Below, one piece after another: positions 12,205 through 28,100 of a stretch of DNA of 64,000 nucleotides (position 1 is the first letter of the stretch; every line of letters starts with the position of its first letter). Origin of the DNA: Bugula neritina (lineage: Eukaryota > Animalia > Bryozoa); contig OZ037768.1 of the NCBI GenBank assembly GCA_964035545.1, forward strand, positions 11,130,741-11,194,740. The letters run 5' to 3'. Made by a program: the position numbers and the translations under genes. The notes under the pieces are model-generated. The model did not search any database. It was not told the origin of the DNA and saw only the letters and a list, made by a program, of their open reading frames with translations.

Positions 12205-13149
12205 CTTGCTCCTTTTTTTCTATTTTCTTCATGTTTTACTTTGTTCTTTTAATGTTTATTGGTTTAGGACATTTCTCAGCATTTAAACCTACATGTATGT
12301 ACATCTAACAGTTTTCTAAACATATTTTCCATAAATATATAAACTTATTGCTAATATATTAAGACAAAGGTGTGGAGGTTAATAATAACAGCTTTATACT
12401 CAACCACAATTATATATATAATATATTGCTCCTTGCTACGTTGTGCTAATAATGGGATTTGATTAGCTCTGATTATTTTTATGTATTCCTAGATTATGTT
12501 ATGTTACAACATTGTCATTTATGTTATAATATAATTATTTTTATAATTTTTGCTTCTGAACAAAACAATAAATTGGGAAACTAATTATCATTTGAAGTAT
12601 CACTAAAAAAATCAATTTCACATAAAACTGTTACATGAAATGACTCAATAGTGAATATACTGCAGCAGGCCAAGATATGCAGCGCCATGTTATGTACATA
12701 CCAGCAATTGATAAAATGAAATTAGAATAGAGAGAAAACCTTATTTGCATTTTAATTTTTCTAAGAAGTTTAAAATTTGACATTTTATAATTTTCAGACA
12801 CAATATTATAAATACTGATAGAGAAATAGTAACAGGCATTTCATATAAAAATATAACACCGAATTATGAAAATAATGACTGGAGTCTGTATAATTTAGAC
12901 AGGGTAGTTAAAAGTGAGCAAGAAAATGTCTTTAATAAAGAAGATACAAGACAAAATTTTATCAACAGCCTAAATAATAGCTTTGTCATTGAATGGTCTC
13001 ACCCATGAATTATCGTAATGCACAAATGCAATCAAAATCAAATGATCAAATTAAACTTTAGATAAATAATATCAACACTGTCTTATGGGAGCTGTATTAT
13101 ATCGCCCCCTACTCAACTACCATTGCGTGTATAGAAACTGTGCTGTGGA

Positions 13150-16100
13150 TTATTGTATGACGCACGAGGCAGCTTTAGTCAACTCAGTGTTGAATTCCTC
13201 ATCTAAACCAGAGTCGTCCCTCTTACGTCCTTTAATATCCGGCATTAGCCTATCATAATGGAGATCTTGGCGCTCGTAAAAAAGAATGTAACAATTCCTT
13301 TGATTGGTGTGCGTTATTGATGCTTCAGGCAGCTCCTACAAATATCACAGCAACAAGATTAAAGTACAATGGAAGAGTGTATACTGAGCCAGCTACTGCT
13401 AGGTGTAGAGACCATGTATAGTTTTGCTAAGTTTGCATTTTATAAATTTTGCCTTGACTTTTTGAGCAATGGACAACTTCACTGGCTGCAAAGACTTGCA
13501 ACTATACATCTTTACAACAGAGCGCATAATGGGACAACTTAGAGAGAGGGGGGGGGGGGAGAGGGGACAACTGATTAAAACTAGGAGATGGTAAATCTGT
13601 TTGAATCCCCAAGAGATTTATTAACACAAAGTTTGTAGACTTAAAACTCTGAGAAAACAACACATAAATTACTGAAAAAACTACAAATACAAACTACAAA
13701 TACAGAGTACAACTGTGAATACAGTGCACAGTTGTGAATACAGTGCACAGTTGTGAATACAGTGTACAGTTGTAAATACAGTGTACAGTTGTGAATACAG
13801 TGTACAGTTGTAAATACAGTGTACAGTGCACAGTTGTGAATACAGAGCACAGTTGTGAATAGAGTATGACTTTGCCTTGTTCACGAAGTTGTCATACACA
13901 GGAGTATGTAAAGCCTAAACTGATGCAGTGTGTTGCAGTTAGTTGAAAGTAGATGGAGAAGATAGGGAAGTGAGTCATAGGATATGATAAGTGTTGAGAT
14001 TGTTATCTGCAGAGTAAAATGGCTGCTGTAGCAGCAGAAACAACAATCAGTGTTTACAGATTCTACTGCAGGGTGAACTATGAGTTACATTGTATCCCAG
14101 TTTAACTATATTACAAACAGCACAAGCATACACAGCACAATCCAATCCAGAGCTCCACTTTACTAAAATTAGAACGTAGTGTAGTGAATAGGAAAATAAA
14201 GAAAGTGATCGAATAGAAGGCAGCGATTTGCTGACCTGTTTTGCTTGTTACTGGCCAATAAAATTCGAATAATCATTTGAATCAACTGTTTACTGACACT
14301 TGTAAAATGATATTTTCAAGAAAGCAAAACACATTTTGTTACGAAATAAATATTTACATTTAATAAACATAGAAACAAGCTACACTGTTTATAGCAGCAG
14401 CTGGAATTATGTTTTAGTTGTTTATTAACCCCACTTGGCGGAGTAGTAAACCATAGCTTAGAACGTAAACAACCAATGTTCATTTCTGAAAACAATCCAC
14501 GATTTTTATTGAGCCAAACAAAAGTTAAAATATTCACTGATCGATTAAAAAACAAAAATAAATTGTTTTAAAGTAACTGTCAAATACCCGTAAACTTGGC
14601 ATTTTAGTATAAGTTGTAAACATGGCTATAAATTACAGTTAGCAGAAGGTAAATTTTAGAAAACTTTTTAAACAGTTGAGAACTGTAGCACTAGCGTAGC
14701 TATCAGTTTTTAATCAATTGTTTCCATCAGTGAGATAAACACTTTATATACAGCTCTGTGAGATAGTCATGCTCTAGTGGTAACGAACTTTATACTAGAC
14801 ACTAGGTCGCTCATGTCAAATACATTAAACTGTATTCAAAATTTTTGAAACTTTGTGCCAGAAAATATACCTTGAGTAAAAAATCTACAAGAAATTTAAC
14901 ATAATCACTGTTTTAAAATTTAAACTTGAAATTCGCACAGCCAAAGCCAATTGCTAGAAAACTTCAGTGTTTCACAAAAAATGACCAAGACATCAATGGG
15001 ATCTAGGGATCAATTAAAAATTACAATACATTGTCTTAATTTAAACAGAATAGAAATGTGGACAAAAAGAAATAAAAATCTTTTTACCTCAAATTTCAAG
15101 TTGCGTATTAGCTAAGCCAGAAGTTTCATTATGCTAAAAATTGATAATTTCGAATAAAGATGGCTGCCAAGCTAAAGTGAGAGCGTGATGAAAGATGATG
15201 ATAACCAGTAGTTCGGAGCAGGCTGGGGAAGAGATAAAAAGAAAGTCAAATAGATATAATGAGGGCTAAAATATTAGTATATAAGAAGGACTCTGTACTA
15301 TGACTGCAAGTTATATGTGGGTATTTGAGTAATATTATACAATACATACCTTAACCATACTGTCGTTATATTCATACCATTTACCATTAGGATTCTTAGT
15401 GTATGCCACATAGTGACCCCCTCCCAGGTTCCCCCTGTGGCACTGCAAAGGTGAAAGTAGGATATTAGTCAAATCAAGGCACAGCAAGCTTTAGCCAAGT
15501 ATTTGGCAGCATCAATGCTATTACATATAGATACATATAGTGTGTGTGTGTGTGCGCGCGCGTTTTGTGTGTGGTGTGTGTGTGTGTGTGTGTGTGTCTT
15601 TTGTGTGTGTTTGTGTGTGAAAGAGATGGAGTTTTTTGAAAAAAAAACTGGCCAAGTTAAAGAAAAGGAATAAGTGGGAGAGTTAACTCATAATGTGTAA
15701 ATATTTGTGGAGTTTCCTCTACCAACAGTTAACTAAACATGCCAGCTATAAGTATGAGGAAACTCACAACTATGTTGACAAGTTAGTTATCAAATAAATT
15801 GTTAGTGAACTACCCTAATTATTGGAAGAAAGCATGTCACTTTATCTTAGAAATAGAACAATGGAGAACAAGTAGTAGCAGGTTATTGTGTTGAAAACAC
15901 CCTGTGTCTTGTGACATTAGTGTGACCTCACCTGTTGCCAGACTTCATCTATTTACTTAAAACTAGAAATGCTAAGACAACTCCCAAAAGTCACTCAAGA
16001 AATACTGAACTTTAGCATACAGTATTGAATAAATTATGATTGGCTTTGAATATTGGAAACAGAACTTTCCCAGATCCTAAAGTCAACCTGAAGGCTTTGA

Positions 16101-19100
16101 CAAAACTTGGCAAGTCCTGAAGCTAAGGTTGAGTGGAACTTTCCATTTAGTACATGTTTAACATAATAAATGAAATCAGCATGTTGTGTTTAGTTCACAT
16201 TTGGTTAAAAATAGGCAGTTCAATTCCATATCTTTTTCCCATGGATTTTTCAAGTGTTGCAAAACAAAAACACGCTGCTGAACATTGCACGAAAAGCAAA
16301 AGATTTCGTACATATCAGTTAGGGCCTGGGAGCTGAGTTTAGCAGTTATAAATTTTTGCATAATAAGCTTATGCAAATTTAAATTTTCAACTCTAAACTA
16401 ATGTGAAAATATCAAGTATGAAATTATTTCTAAATTTCGTTTGAAAACTCTAATCTGACAGTCTTGCTGCAAAATTTAAATTTGACTAATATTACGTGTA
16501 TGTTAACAACTCAGTGTTGAAGGTTGTATATCTAACATCTCTATAAAGTTTCCATAGTCCAACTAACAGGTTTTTGTGTCTTACCATATAGTCAAGTGAC
16601 AGTTGGAACAGGTACTTGTGTCCTAATACCATGTAGTCAAGTGACAGTTGGAACAGGTACTTGTGTCCTTCTACCATGTAGTCAAGTGACAGTTGGAACA
16701 GGTACTTGTGTCCTAATACCATGTAGTCAAGTGACAGTTGGAACAGGTACTTGTGTCCTAATACCATGTAGTCAAGTGACAGTTGAAACAGGTACTTGTG
16801 TCCTAATACCATGTAGTCAAGTGACAGTTGTAGCAAGTACTTGTGTCCTTTTACCATGTAGTCAAAAGTCAGTAAAACATTGTAGTTTAATTATGATGCA
16901 TTATAATATATATATTGTATATATATATATTGTACCGCACGTTCTAGTTTATAATGTAAGGAACAGCCTAATCAAATATCAACAACACAATATGCCCAAA
17001 CAGGTGATCCGGGAATTAATAATTTGGATCTATTTCAAGAAACATTTGGAATGCATAAATTTACTTTTGACTCAGCTATAGTTTGAATGTTTTACATTGA
17101 AACAGCCAAAAACCAAATATATTTGCATATTATGCAAAACATTTGACACCAGGTAGCATGTACTCAGTGTTGACATAGAGAAGATATCATGTTATTTATT
17201 CTTATTGACAGGTCATGACAAATATATGAGAATCGCCTTGGAGATGCTGGTGGCAAATCTGGAGTGATTTATGGCAGAGCTGATTCGTAGAATGACATGC
17301 ACACACCACATGCAGCTGACTTACTGATAGAGCACACAAGTCGTATTTAGTTTGACTGTAATCTAAGCTGTCGCAGGAAGTGGTAGACTGAGTTTTGGGT
17401 CTCTTTGGTTTATCATTGGAATGTGGAGAGTACGCTTGCTCGTCCTGAAATATTCCAGTCCTGGGATTACAAGCGTACAAACCAAACACATGATAACTAA
17501 ACACTAAAACTTTCTAGTTTCACATGTTCCGATTTACTCAAGCAAGCAGAAGATATTGCAAAATAACTCAGTCAAAAACCAGAATTTAAAAATGAAGTTA
17601 ATTCAATCTTAGCGAGTACATGAAAAGTGTTTAAACAGCTCTTACTAGAGGAGAGATATCAGGGGCACACTCAGCCCCCTCCTCACTAGAGATATGACTG
17701 TGATCTGAAGCTAAGGATCTCGGTACCAAGTACGACTCGGGGTCAAAGTCCTTGAGAGGAAAGTCGACGCACTTCTGTGACTTGATCCAGCGATTGCTGA
17801 GGAACTGGAACCTCTTCAGGTGTATTATCTGCATACAGATGCAACACATCACACTTAGTTTCTAATTTACAATAAAATATAATATATTTGAGAAAGATAA
17901 CGTCATAAATCATGCATCTAGTGAGTTGTTGTTGAGAAAGAAACATGCCCGAAATCCAGAGAAAAATTAAAAAGTAACGTATAATAAAATATTACCAGTC
18001 CCCATCATCCAAATTAAAATATTAATTAAATTGGGAATAGTTTATTGGAAAAGAATTTTATAGAATGGTGCATAAATTAATTTCATTATATCTATATTAG
18101 GAGCTGCTGCGACTAACATGCTCTCTAAACAAACACATTGATGGAGGATAACAATAGCAACAGTGATTCAGTAGCCATGTAGTCTTCATAAGAAAAACAT
18201 GAGTTGCAGCCAAAATAACTGAAATTTAGTTATCACACATAAAAGCTATTTTCTAGCACTTTCCATCATCTTGAAATGTTGTATCTGGCATGTGGAATGA
18301 TGCTTGTACAACTCATCACACACGGAGAATGATGCTGGTAGGACTGACTCAGTCACATCATACAACACGTGACCTACCAAAACTGGAGGCAGGCGCCAGA
18401 TCTCTAGCTTCTTAGAGGCTCTCCTGTGCTCCTTACACTTGGAGCAGTAGTAGAGCTCATCTTCCGACAGCTCTTCCTCTTTGGTAAACGACTCTAGACA
18501 TTTCTGTATGTTGACCGGCTCATCAGAATTGTACACGTCAGACACACTGCAGTGAATCTGCAATATACTTTTCTAATATAACTGAGCATTCATGCTGAAG
18601 ATGTGTGAGAGGGGATGAATCCCAACAGCAAGTTACAGTGGAATTGTGGGAGATATTATAATAGGTGTGGCCTTAATATAGAACATCCTGAACGCCTTCA
18701 TAGTGATGTCAGCATTTACTGAAGACTGTCCTAAATGTTATTAGGAGTACTCGCAACTCGCCCAACTCTGATTTAGTGCACAAATCATGATTCATTTTAA
18801 TTCAACAGTGATTTTAAATAGATGCTCCAAACCCAATGTACTGATAAATTCTACGACAACTTGGCTTTAACTTACAAAAAATCCTAACGAACTCAACCTT
18901 TTCAGTTCACATGGTTTTCTGGCAAAGTTATTAATCAATGTTGCTAAGAGCAAGAATAATATGAAGCATAAGCAGCCTTCTGACAGATATAGAAATATTT
19001 TTAGAAAAAACAGATAAAAATAACTTCTCAACAATTATAATCTCAACAACGCTTAATGAGGCTTGACAACAGATATACATAGCAGAGCATACACAGGTCT

Positions 19101-22100
19101 ACTGTCTCTCACTATATGGCAACAAGTTCTTCCACTGTACAGCAATCACAGAGACTAAATCTTGATGTTATCTGTTAAAATATGTTACAATACGGCAGTA
19201 CTCAACATATATCCTGGAAATCACGACTTCCAAGTGCAGGCAGCCTGCTTTGCACTGGTTTCCCTTGCATTATAATGTTTCTGTAGTCATCCCGTGACAA
19301 GACAAAACATGTTGAACTATTTCACTTATTTTACAAGTGCAGTTACTCACACCAACCATGTTATTGTGTTGTTATTAGTAAACAAGAAATTCCTAGGTGT
19401 GAGATGAGTAAACCGAATGTCATTCGCCATCCTATCTGAGATGTAGTAAACACACCCAGCCAAGCCCATCCTGGACAGTCATGTTTTGTAATAATGTGAA
19501 AAACTTCAAGTGATGACTATTGAGATAGGCGCAGTAATGGAGAAATTAAAAGAGCCTGTGTTCTAGATTAGAAATGTAGCAAAAAAACTTAGACCCGCGC
19601 CCCAAAACCAAAATTATTTAAGAAAACAAAGAACTAATACTATCTCAATCTCTCCAATACTGTCCCTGGTGGTCACACAAACTAGATATATTGTACTAAC
19701 AATATCTGAGCAAGCTTGAAATCTCAGGTAATATGACGTGGGGTCCCAGTCTATGGCAATGTAGTCACACAGGCTATTGAACAGCTCATCTGTATAATCT
19801 ATGAGGCAGCCTTTGCAGAATCTACAACAATAATTCAGTAAAATATTCTTGGGTGAAGGAAACATTCGGATTAAAATAATCTGTTAAATAGTAACCCTTC
19901 ACACTGCTCATTGGACTTGAAAGTTACAAGTATAATAACGGATTTTTATTAACTGTTTATTTAGTTTTTGACTTTAACAAATGCTCATCTACAGTTAAAT
20001 TTCAATAAAGTGAATTTATTTTATGTAACAACGTAAAAATTTGGAAAATACTAAGAAATACAGTATCGAGTTTTATTGAGTATTAAAGTTAAAGAACCAC
20101 AATAATTAGTTCGCCAAGTCAATGAGAAAACTATCTAAAAGCAGAATGAACTATAGTTAGAACCAGTACATGTAATTGAGAAGAGTGGAAACTTGCCTGT
20201 AATATGGACATTTTGAGCACACAACTCCACACCGTTTAGTCTGCACAAGTTTGAAGGGATATTCGTTACCCAGGCTACCATCACTGTAACAAGATGACAC
20301 ATCCATAGCTATGCAAAAGGAGGAAATAAAAGAATGATAATTGAAGTTGTAGCCTTTTCTACAGCAGTGACAGGTGTTACAAAAGACATCATGTTTCAGG
20401 ACTAAAACAAGAGATTAACTCCATGCTTCAACAAGGCACGTATCAACACCCTTAGCCAAACTCTGCAGAATTAGCACTTGGTAAATACGCACCAGCTAAT
20501 AGCAATATTAGAATATCAAATCATCTCAATAGATGCACATGTTTACATGGCCTTCATTTGGGATTGTAGTTTAGGACAGCAATATAACAGCAAACTAACC
20601 AATCCTGTGCATGGTTACAATTTTCTGTAACAGGATGACCCGTTACAAATCTTTTAATCATCGTCCATACTTGATGGTAGACATCCTTGTGGGTGGTAGA
20701 GCTTGTAATCTGCACAATCACCGGAATTCCAAATATGTAGGAAACACTTTGTTGGGAGGCCAAGAAGTAATACTCTCTCCTTTCCTGAAAGAAAAATCAA
20801 GAACTGTAACATATAGTATATTATATATACTAATACTGTAGTATATATACTGATACTGTAGTATATATACTGATACTGTAGTATATATACTGATACTGTA
20901 GTATAATACACTGATACTGTAGTATAATATACCGATACTGTAGTATAATATACTGATACTGTAGTATATATACTAATACTGTAGTATATATACTGATACT
21001 GTAGTATATATACCGATACTGTAGTATATATACTGATACTGTAGTATATATACTAATACTGTAGTATATATACTAATACTGTAGTATATATACTGATACT
21101 GTAGCATATATACTGATACTGTAGTATATATACTGATACTGTAGCATATATACTGATACTGTAGTATATATACTGATACTGTAGCATATATACTGATACT
21201 TTAGTATATATACTGATACTGTAGCATATATACTGATACTATAGCATATATACTGATACTATAGCATATATACTGATACTGTAGTATATATACTGATACT
21301 GTAGCATATATACTGATACTATAGCATATATACTGATACTATAGCATATATACTGATACTGTAGTATATATACTGATACTGTAGTATATATACTGATACT
21401 GTAGCATATATACTGATACTATAGCATATATACTGATACTATAGCATATATACTGATACTTTAGTATACACACTAATACATAAAAATGTTGTAAAAATTG
21501 TTTCAAAACATTAAATTTTATATTTTATATACTTGTACAAAGTTGCATTGATAATTCACCCTATTAGAGAATGTTCTGCATAGAGCTAAACAAAATGCAT
21601 AGAAAATTAACTAAAATCCTTTTATAATGAAGGATTTGTATAATCAAAAGGTAAATAGTCATATCTCGAAGAAACTGAAGAAGAGATAAACGCACCATTT
21701 TTCTGTGCATTGCAACGACTAGTCCTTGAGGTTTGGCAGCTTCACTCTGTATGCTGTCGATGCTGGAGGTCATAAGACTGCTGACAGAGGCTGATGTGGA
21801 ATGATTTGCGCTGCCAGCTGACTTACGCGACATTGTACTACTCGGTGAATTGTTTGTTTGCGACTTCCGATTTAATGTATTTCCGGGCGATAAAGTTTTG
21901 TTATTGCTTGATTTCTTTTTCTTCACCGGTTCATTAGAGAGTTGATTTTTACTTTTTGCAGCACTGCCATTCATTTTGGGTGTTTTATTAAAGAGCGGAG
22001 TTTCCGGTTTTGTAGGTAAATGCCCATTAGCCATCTGCTCACTCTCAACACCATTACTCGCCTGCTCCTCATTAGTCTCTTTCGTGGAATCTAAAAATAT

Positions 22101-25100
22101 ATAATAATATATTCAACAACCGCAACATACAGTAATGGTGTAACTACATTCCCAACATCTGTGTATGCAAAATGCTAACAATTATTTATATTACCAAGTC
22201 TGACTAAAAGACATGTAACCATGCCAACAATATTCACTTACCGAGCTGGACATTCTGCTCCACTTGATAGGCGTAAAGAGGCTGCACACTTCCAATTCTT
22301 TGCTTGATTTTCTGAGAATCCATGGGGAATGTCTGGTTAAGAATAAACATGATAAATTACAAGCATTAATTGACCAGGACATGGCGTGAAAGGTGAAAAA
22401 TTAAAAGCATTAATTGGCAACGAGCCAACCTCATGATGTATCGGGACAAAAGGCGGGAAATTTCATTACTACAAAATCTTTTAAAAAATATCAGTATACT
22501 AGCAAATATTTTGTACAAATAGACTAAAGGTGCATTTAAATCTGCATAATTTTTATACAAAAAGTTAATTTGGCCAAAAGGACAATTTCTCGACATATTT
22601 TTCAGTATACAGTCAACCCAAAAAATTAATTCGTTCAGCAATCAATATTTACTAATATGACTCACTCAAAAGGTGTTGAATAAAGCTCACGTGATTCAAG
22701 TAAAAGCCTTAAAAATGTAATCTTATTGGTTACCATTTATATTGTTTATTCTATAAAATTGATTTAGCTGATATATTGCCTTTTCAGAGGGCATAAAGTA
22801 ATAATTAGGTCATTCATTAATTTAATAAAACCCGCCACTCAATCAGGACATGGTAGTGAAAGGTGAACATTAATGCTAAAAAGTGATCAAAGTTAACTAA
22901 ACTAAGGAAGAGTGTCTGACAATGTTGAATTACAAAAAAACTTAGTAATTTTCTCTCTGAAAATGTATTTAAAACCTTATATATTGAATCATCAGATTGG
23001 GAAAATCTTCTAGGACTCCATTGCTGCACAAGGTGCAGTGTTTTGCTAAAGATTGATATTACTAAGATATGTTATACTCACTTTCAAATACGGACCATTG
23101 AGCTCAATAAAAAGGAAATGCCCTTTGGAAATGTTGGCCAGCTTGTGGAGAGGTTCTCGTATATCACAGTACTTATCATCAGCATTTAACCTGATGCCAT
23201 ATCGAACTGGAGTTTTGCCATCCAATGTTATCACTATGCAGAACAAAAGTAATCCTTACTAAAGCTATTAGTAGTATATCCTACGCTACACAGTAACAAC
23301 GAACTAATAGAAGCTGAACAACGCAGCAATTTAATTTTAAAAATTTGATTATATTTGATTAAGTATAGACAATTCTTGTTTCAAATTGAAACGATTTTGC
23401 AAGTTTTGAATATTATTAAAATTATTAAAATAAATTTAGCTGCATATATTTTTATGAGAAGAGAAGAGAATGCAATTCATGTTAAAACAGCCAATTTTTA
23501 AAATATCGAAAAATCAGCATTGAAATAAATTCATATGTTTAAAAATACACACCAACGATCTCTAAGAGAAGGGAATTCTCCATAGAGAGAGGAAGAGAGA
23601 GGTATGTGAAGGGATCAAATCGTACACTAGTGTGTGAGCACGTCTTGCACTTGACTTGAGACTTCAACTGTCCATGGAACAGGTCAACTATAATGGACTG
23701 GTTACGCAGCAAATGGTAGTCCCAGCCCTGTCAAGATTTCCAACAGAAATTTCAGCCAATAAACATTTGTATAAGTTATATTGAAAATATTGACAACAAA
23801 TACTAAAACTCTAACGAAGGCTTGTGCCAACTCCAGTGTGACTCAAAAGGAACGTATAACAGAGCGTAACCCACCTCCTTAGCAACAATATCATCCCTCC
23901 GTCCATCACTGTCCTTCAACTCAATATAAGGCTTCTTTTGAACTCTAAACACAGGATGTTACAGTTTTGTCAACAGCTTAACAACTATAACTCAGTTAGA
24001 CTGATAATCTAGCAGCGTAACAAAAGCATGCAAACAGCAAGTAAGTTTATCTACGACTTCTCGCTGACTCTTAATATACGCTGACGGTACGCATCGCTGA
24101 GCATTGAAACTGTAAGCACTGAGATCTCAATATACCTGTTGAGGTCTTCATGCAGTCCATCTAGCAGAAATGAGAGCAGCTCCTGAGCATCGTGCTGCTG
24201 ATAGCCGGTGAACTGCGGGGCATACTTTGAGAGTGTGTAACGCAGCTCCACAGGTGGAAGGTTCTTACTGGTACCTTCCCACAGACTGTTGACCAACTTG
24301 GCATATAACTGAGCCAGTCTTCCTTTCATGCCAAGGGGGTTGTCGCTATAACAACATTTGGACATGAAGAAATTACTGGTAGTTAATGTTAGTAGAAATA
24401 GGTCAACTATCACCTGTAGACTTGATTATATTTCTTCTATTACATAGTGAGAAAGTAACTCTATGAAATTCGTATAAAAGTAGCAATGGCTGCTTATTTT
24501 ACATGAGAAATGTTAATATTTGAAGACAGGCAAGAGAGTATTTTGTTATAAGTTATTGCAACATATATCTAGGTAAATGATGATCTACTGATCACAAAGG
24601 AAACCGAAAGGTGAGTATGTAGACATGATGAAATGTTACTGGCACATGCCAAACCCATCTCTCTCATTAGCTATGCAGTCTGCTGTATGAGCTAAGAGCT
24701 GCCTACAAGCAGTGCGTCAGGTACGCCTGCACCAACAACACTTCTAGCACCAGATGTTACAATTCAGAGAAAAGGCACAAAGAAGAGACTAAAAGCTAAT
24801 TGGTAGCCATTTTTGATAAAATAAATGTACAACATTACCAACAACTAATTTAGAATTTTCTTTAAATAATAAAATTATGAACGTTATCGATCATTTTATT
24901 ACTAAAAAATTCATCAGATAAAATTCAATGTCATTACATGTATGAACAGGACTGAGGTTTGCTATGATACTCATTAGATACACAATATAGACCCACACAG
25001 GAAGGTCCAGGTGATACGAGACAGCATTCTTACCGGTTCAACTCATAGAGATGGAAGTTATGAAGAAAGTAGAGAGTCAAGGGCTGGCAATTGCTGACAC

Positions 25101-28100
25101 ATTGTATGGCGGAGTTCATGAAGCAAGTATTGCCCAAGTTACTGAGGCCTGTGGTGCCCATCTCCACCCGAGTATCTTGTTTCTTAGCAACACCATTCTG
25201 CTGCCTCTTCATGATTTGCAGCATCTCTTCAGGCCAAGTAAGGTCTAGATTTCGAACTACAAAAACCAAAACACATCTATATATGAAAATTGCTTCAATA
25301 GAAGACGGTGTCGAGTCAGTTGACTGTGAACTCGCCTCCTACAAGCTATTGCAGATCACATAGAGGTTAGGGCTGCTGTACTCTACATCCTGAACATGAC
25401 ATCCTAAAGCTAGCTGAGAATGCATAAACTATACGTACATCTTGCATCATTTGTATTTTCTTGAGTATGACTTTAGCGAAAAGAATTATCTGGTGGAATA
25501 AACTCATCATCAAATAATCGAAAACACAAAGTGGTGATGCAATTAATAAACAACAGATGTTCCAAAAATATATATAGATATATTCATATATCAAAGCCAT
25601 AAACATACTACAAATTATTAACAATTGCTGGTACCACGACAAACTGCACCTTACATAGCATTTAACTAGTGAAAGCGTTGACTGTGCAGTCAATGCAGGT
25701 GTGTAGAAAACATCTTATAAACAAGAGAGCAAGCCAATAGAAAGTAACATAATGGTGATGGGGGAAAGTAACACGTTCCCTAGTCGCAGCTGATGAGTTA
25801 TATAGTGGGAGAAAGTGGTACACTAGAAAAAAACTGGTATAGCAAAAGACAGTGGTATAGTGATATACAGTGGAATAGAGTGGTACAGAGTGGTATAGAG
25901 TGTTACAGTAATATGGTGAAAAAAAGAGGGATAGAATGGTGAAGTTTGTAAGAGTAGCAAAAATTGTTAAAGTGGTATAGAGTGGTAAAGTGGTACAAAA
26001 TGGTACAGTAAGAGACAGTAATATAGAATGGTACAGGGTGGTACAGTGATACAGTGAGAGAAAGTGGTATAGGGTGATACACAGTGGTACAGACAGAGAA
26101 AAAGAGTAATACTAGCACACCAAGCAGGGACATTGTATGAATACATATAAACCACAGGAATTAGGACAGTGAAGACAACAGCTACCTTCCATGAGAATTG
26201 ATTGTCCATCTTCAATGTCCAGTTCCTCCAACACTTTATCATCACCTTCCAATGGCTCCAATTCATTCTACAGCAAACATAATACAACTAATGCTTCTAC
26301 GGCACAATTCCAATAACTTAAACTAACATAAATACAATGAGTGCACATGTTAACAGGAGCAGGCAACTCACATCATTGTGATATTTCCACAAGCGTAGAT
26401 CTTCCTTTGACACTTTGAGCCGTGCTGCGAGGAACTCTGTGATTTGTCTGAGAGAGTGCTGATGACTAAACGCTGCTGTGTTTGTCAGCACCCTTTTTAT
26501 ACTGTTATTCTGAAAGCCCGCCATATCTGAGAGCAGAGAATTCAACCATAAGTGAAACGCGATGGTTAAGTAATAAAATAATAATGTAAATTTACATGGG
26601 TTGCCAAGAAGTCGGCTGAAGATTGTTATTCATGTTGCAGGCCTACCTAGTTTAAGTTGCAGCATGTGACTTTGTTTGGTATATTTATCTTATTCCATAT
26701 TTACTACACACTTTCTATTTAGAATGCTAACAAATGTAGGAAAATATAACTCTCCGGCATATAAAATATAAAAATAGGGTTCGGGGCTACAAACACACAC
26801 ACACAACACACACGCACAACACACACGCACACACACACGCACACACACAACACACGCACACGCACACACACACACACAATTTCTCGCTTACTCATAGCAA
26901 AGTTAGCAATCCCGCCAGTCACACCTGCCACTGTGGTCGCAGGTTGGTGAGAAGTGAACTGTGTTGTCTGGTGTTTATAAAGCTTCACTGTGAGAGAATA
27001 TAACTCCAGCTGAGGAGTTTTCTCTCCTTTAAGAATAATCACCTAAAACATCGATTATATTACGTCTAGCAACATGCAGTTTTGAACATAGATATTGAGC
27101 TGCACAATGCAGATCAAGATACCAAAGAGACCCTCTGTAAATGATGACACAATAATGAAGTAATTAAATGCTCATTGCTGTTGAAAGTAACATCAGCGAT
27201 AACAATAACAGCCAATTTTAATATTGAGAGTTGTTTATTAATTCAATAGAATGGACACCTAGCTAGTTAAAATATGTTTACACTGAAATAATAGTTTTTA
27301 TTATTAGTATAAATGCTACATATTATTATAACATAATAATAAATAATATTATCTTATAATATATAACATTATATAATAATTACATTACTATTTTTTGATC
27401 ATAATAGAAGGAATTACTCACAGGTCGAGGTAATTGGATGGTCCCCTGATACCAGGAATGCAAAGCGGCCCACAATACCTCAGGGACTACTTCAAAGTCT
27501 TTACCTTGTTTTATATGAGGCTTGAGCACACCTCCATCATTTGTCCATGTTGGCACCTACAATCAAACCCCTAGTAGTAGAACACTTCATAGACAAATAC
27601 AAGCACAACACTTTGGTTCTTGGATATAAAACTATAGAGAAGCGTACTTTTTTCAGCCTTGCCCAATCAAACTTATATCAAGCAGGCTTTTCGAAAAAAA
27701 ATGACAAAACGTATAATGTATGTAAAGTAGACTGGTGAAACTTCTCCTTTACATCAACATGAGAAGATGACTCTAAAGTCTAAATAAATAAAATCAAATG
27801 CACTCTGTCAAAAGGCTACAGTCTAAATGTGTAGAGTAAAACAACTCCGTATCCATAGTTACTTCAGTAAACACTTTAGAAGATGGAGAGTTTGCTATGG
27901 GAGTAGTGTAACGTAGACGCACCTTGCTGTGCTGGGCTAGAATCAGGTGGTGGTTGTTGATTGGACCAGGTCTGCGAGGAGGAAGTGATGTAACGGTTTG
28001 AGTGGATGACCGCCTGTCAAGTGAGTCACCATACATACTGACTGACTCATAAGACGTGTCCAAATCTACCGAGTCCAGCATCACCTGAGTAATATAAATA

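Noticed and set aside
16492-17081. Repeat-protein ORFs on both strands
   Set aside because: Artefacts of a 45-bp minisatellite in a USP32 intron, with no evidence of exon structure.
20828-21480. CRISPR-like array
   Set aside because: Head-to-tail repeats without unique spacers, in a eukaryotic intron, with no cas genes.
22370-22880. ~40-bp direct repeat (CAGGACATGG..TGAAAGGTGAA) at ~22374 and ~22845
   Set aside because: Probably remnants of a decayed transposon; no TIR, TSD or LTR hallmarks could be established.
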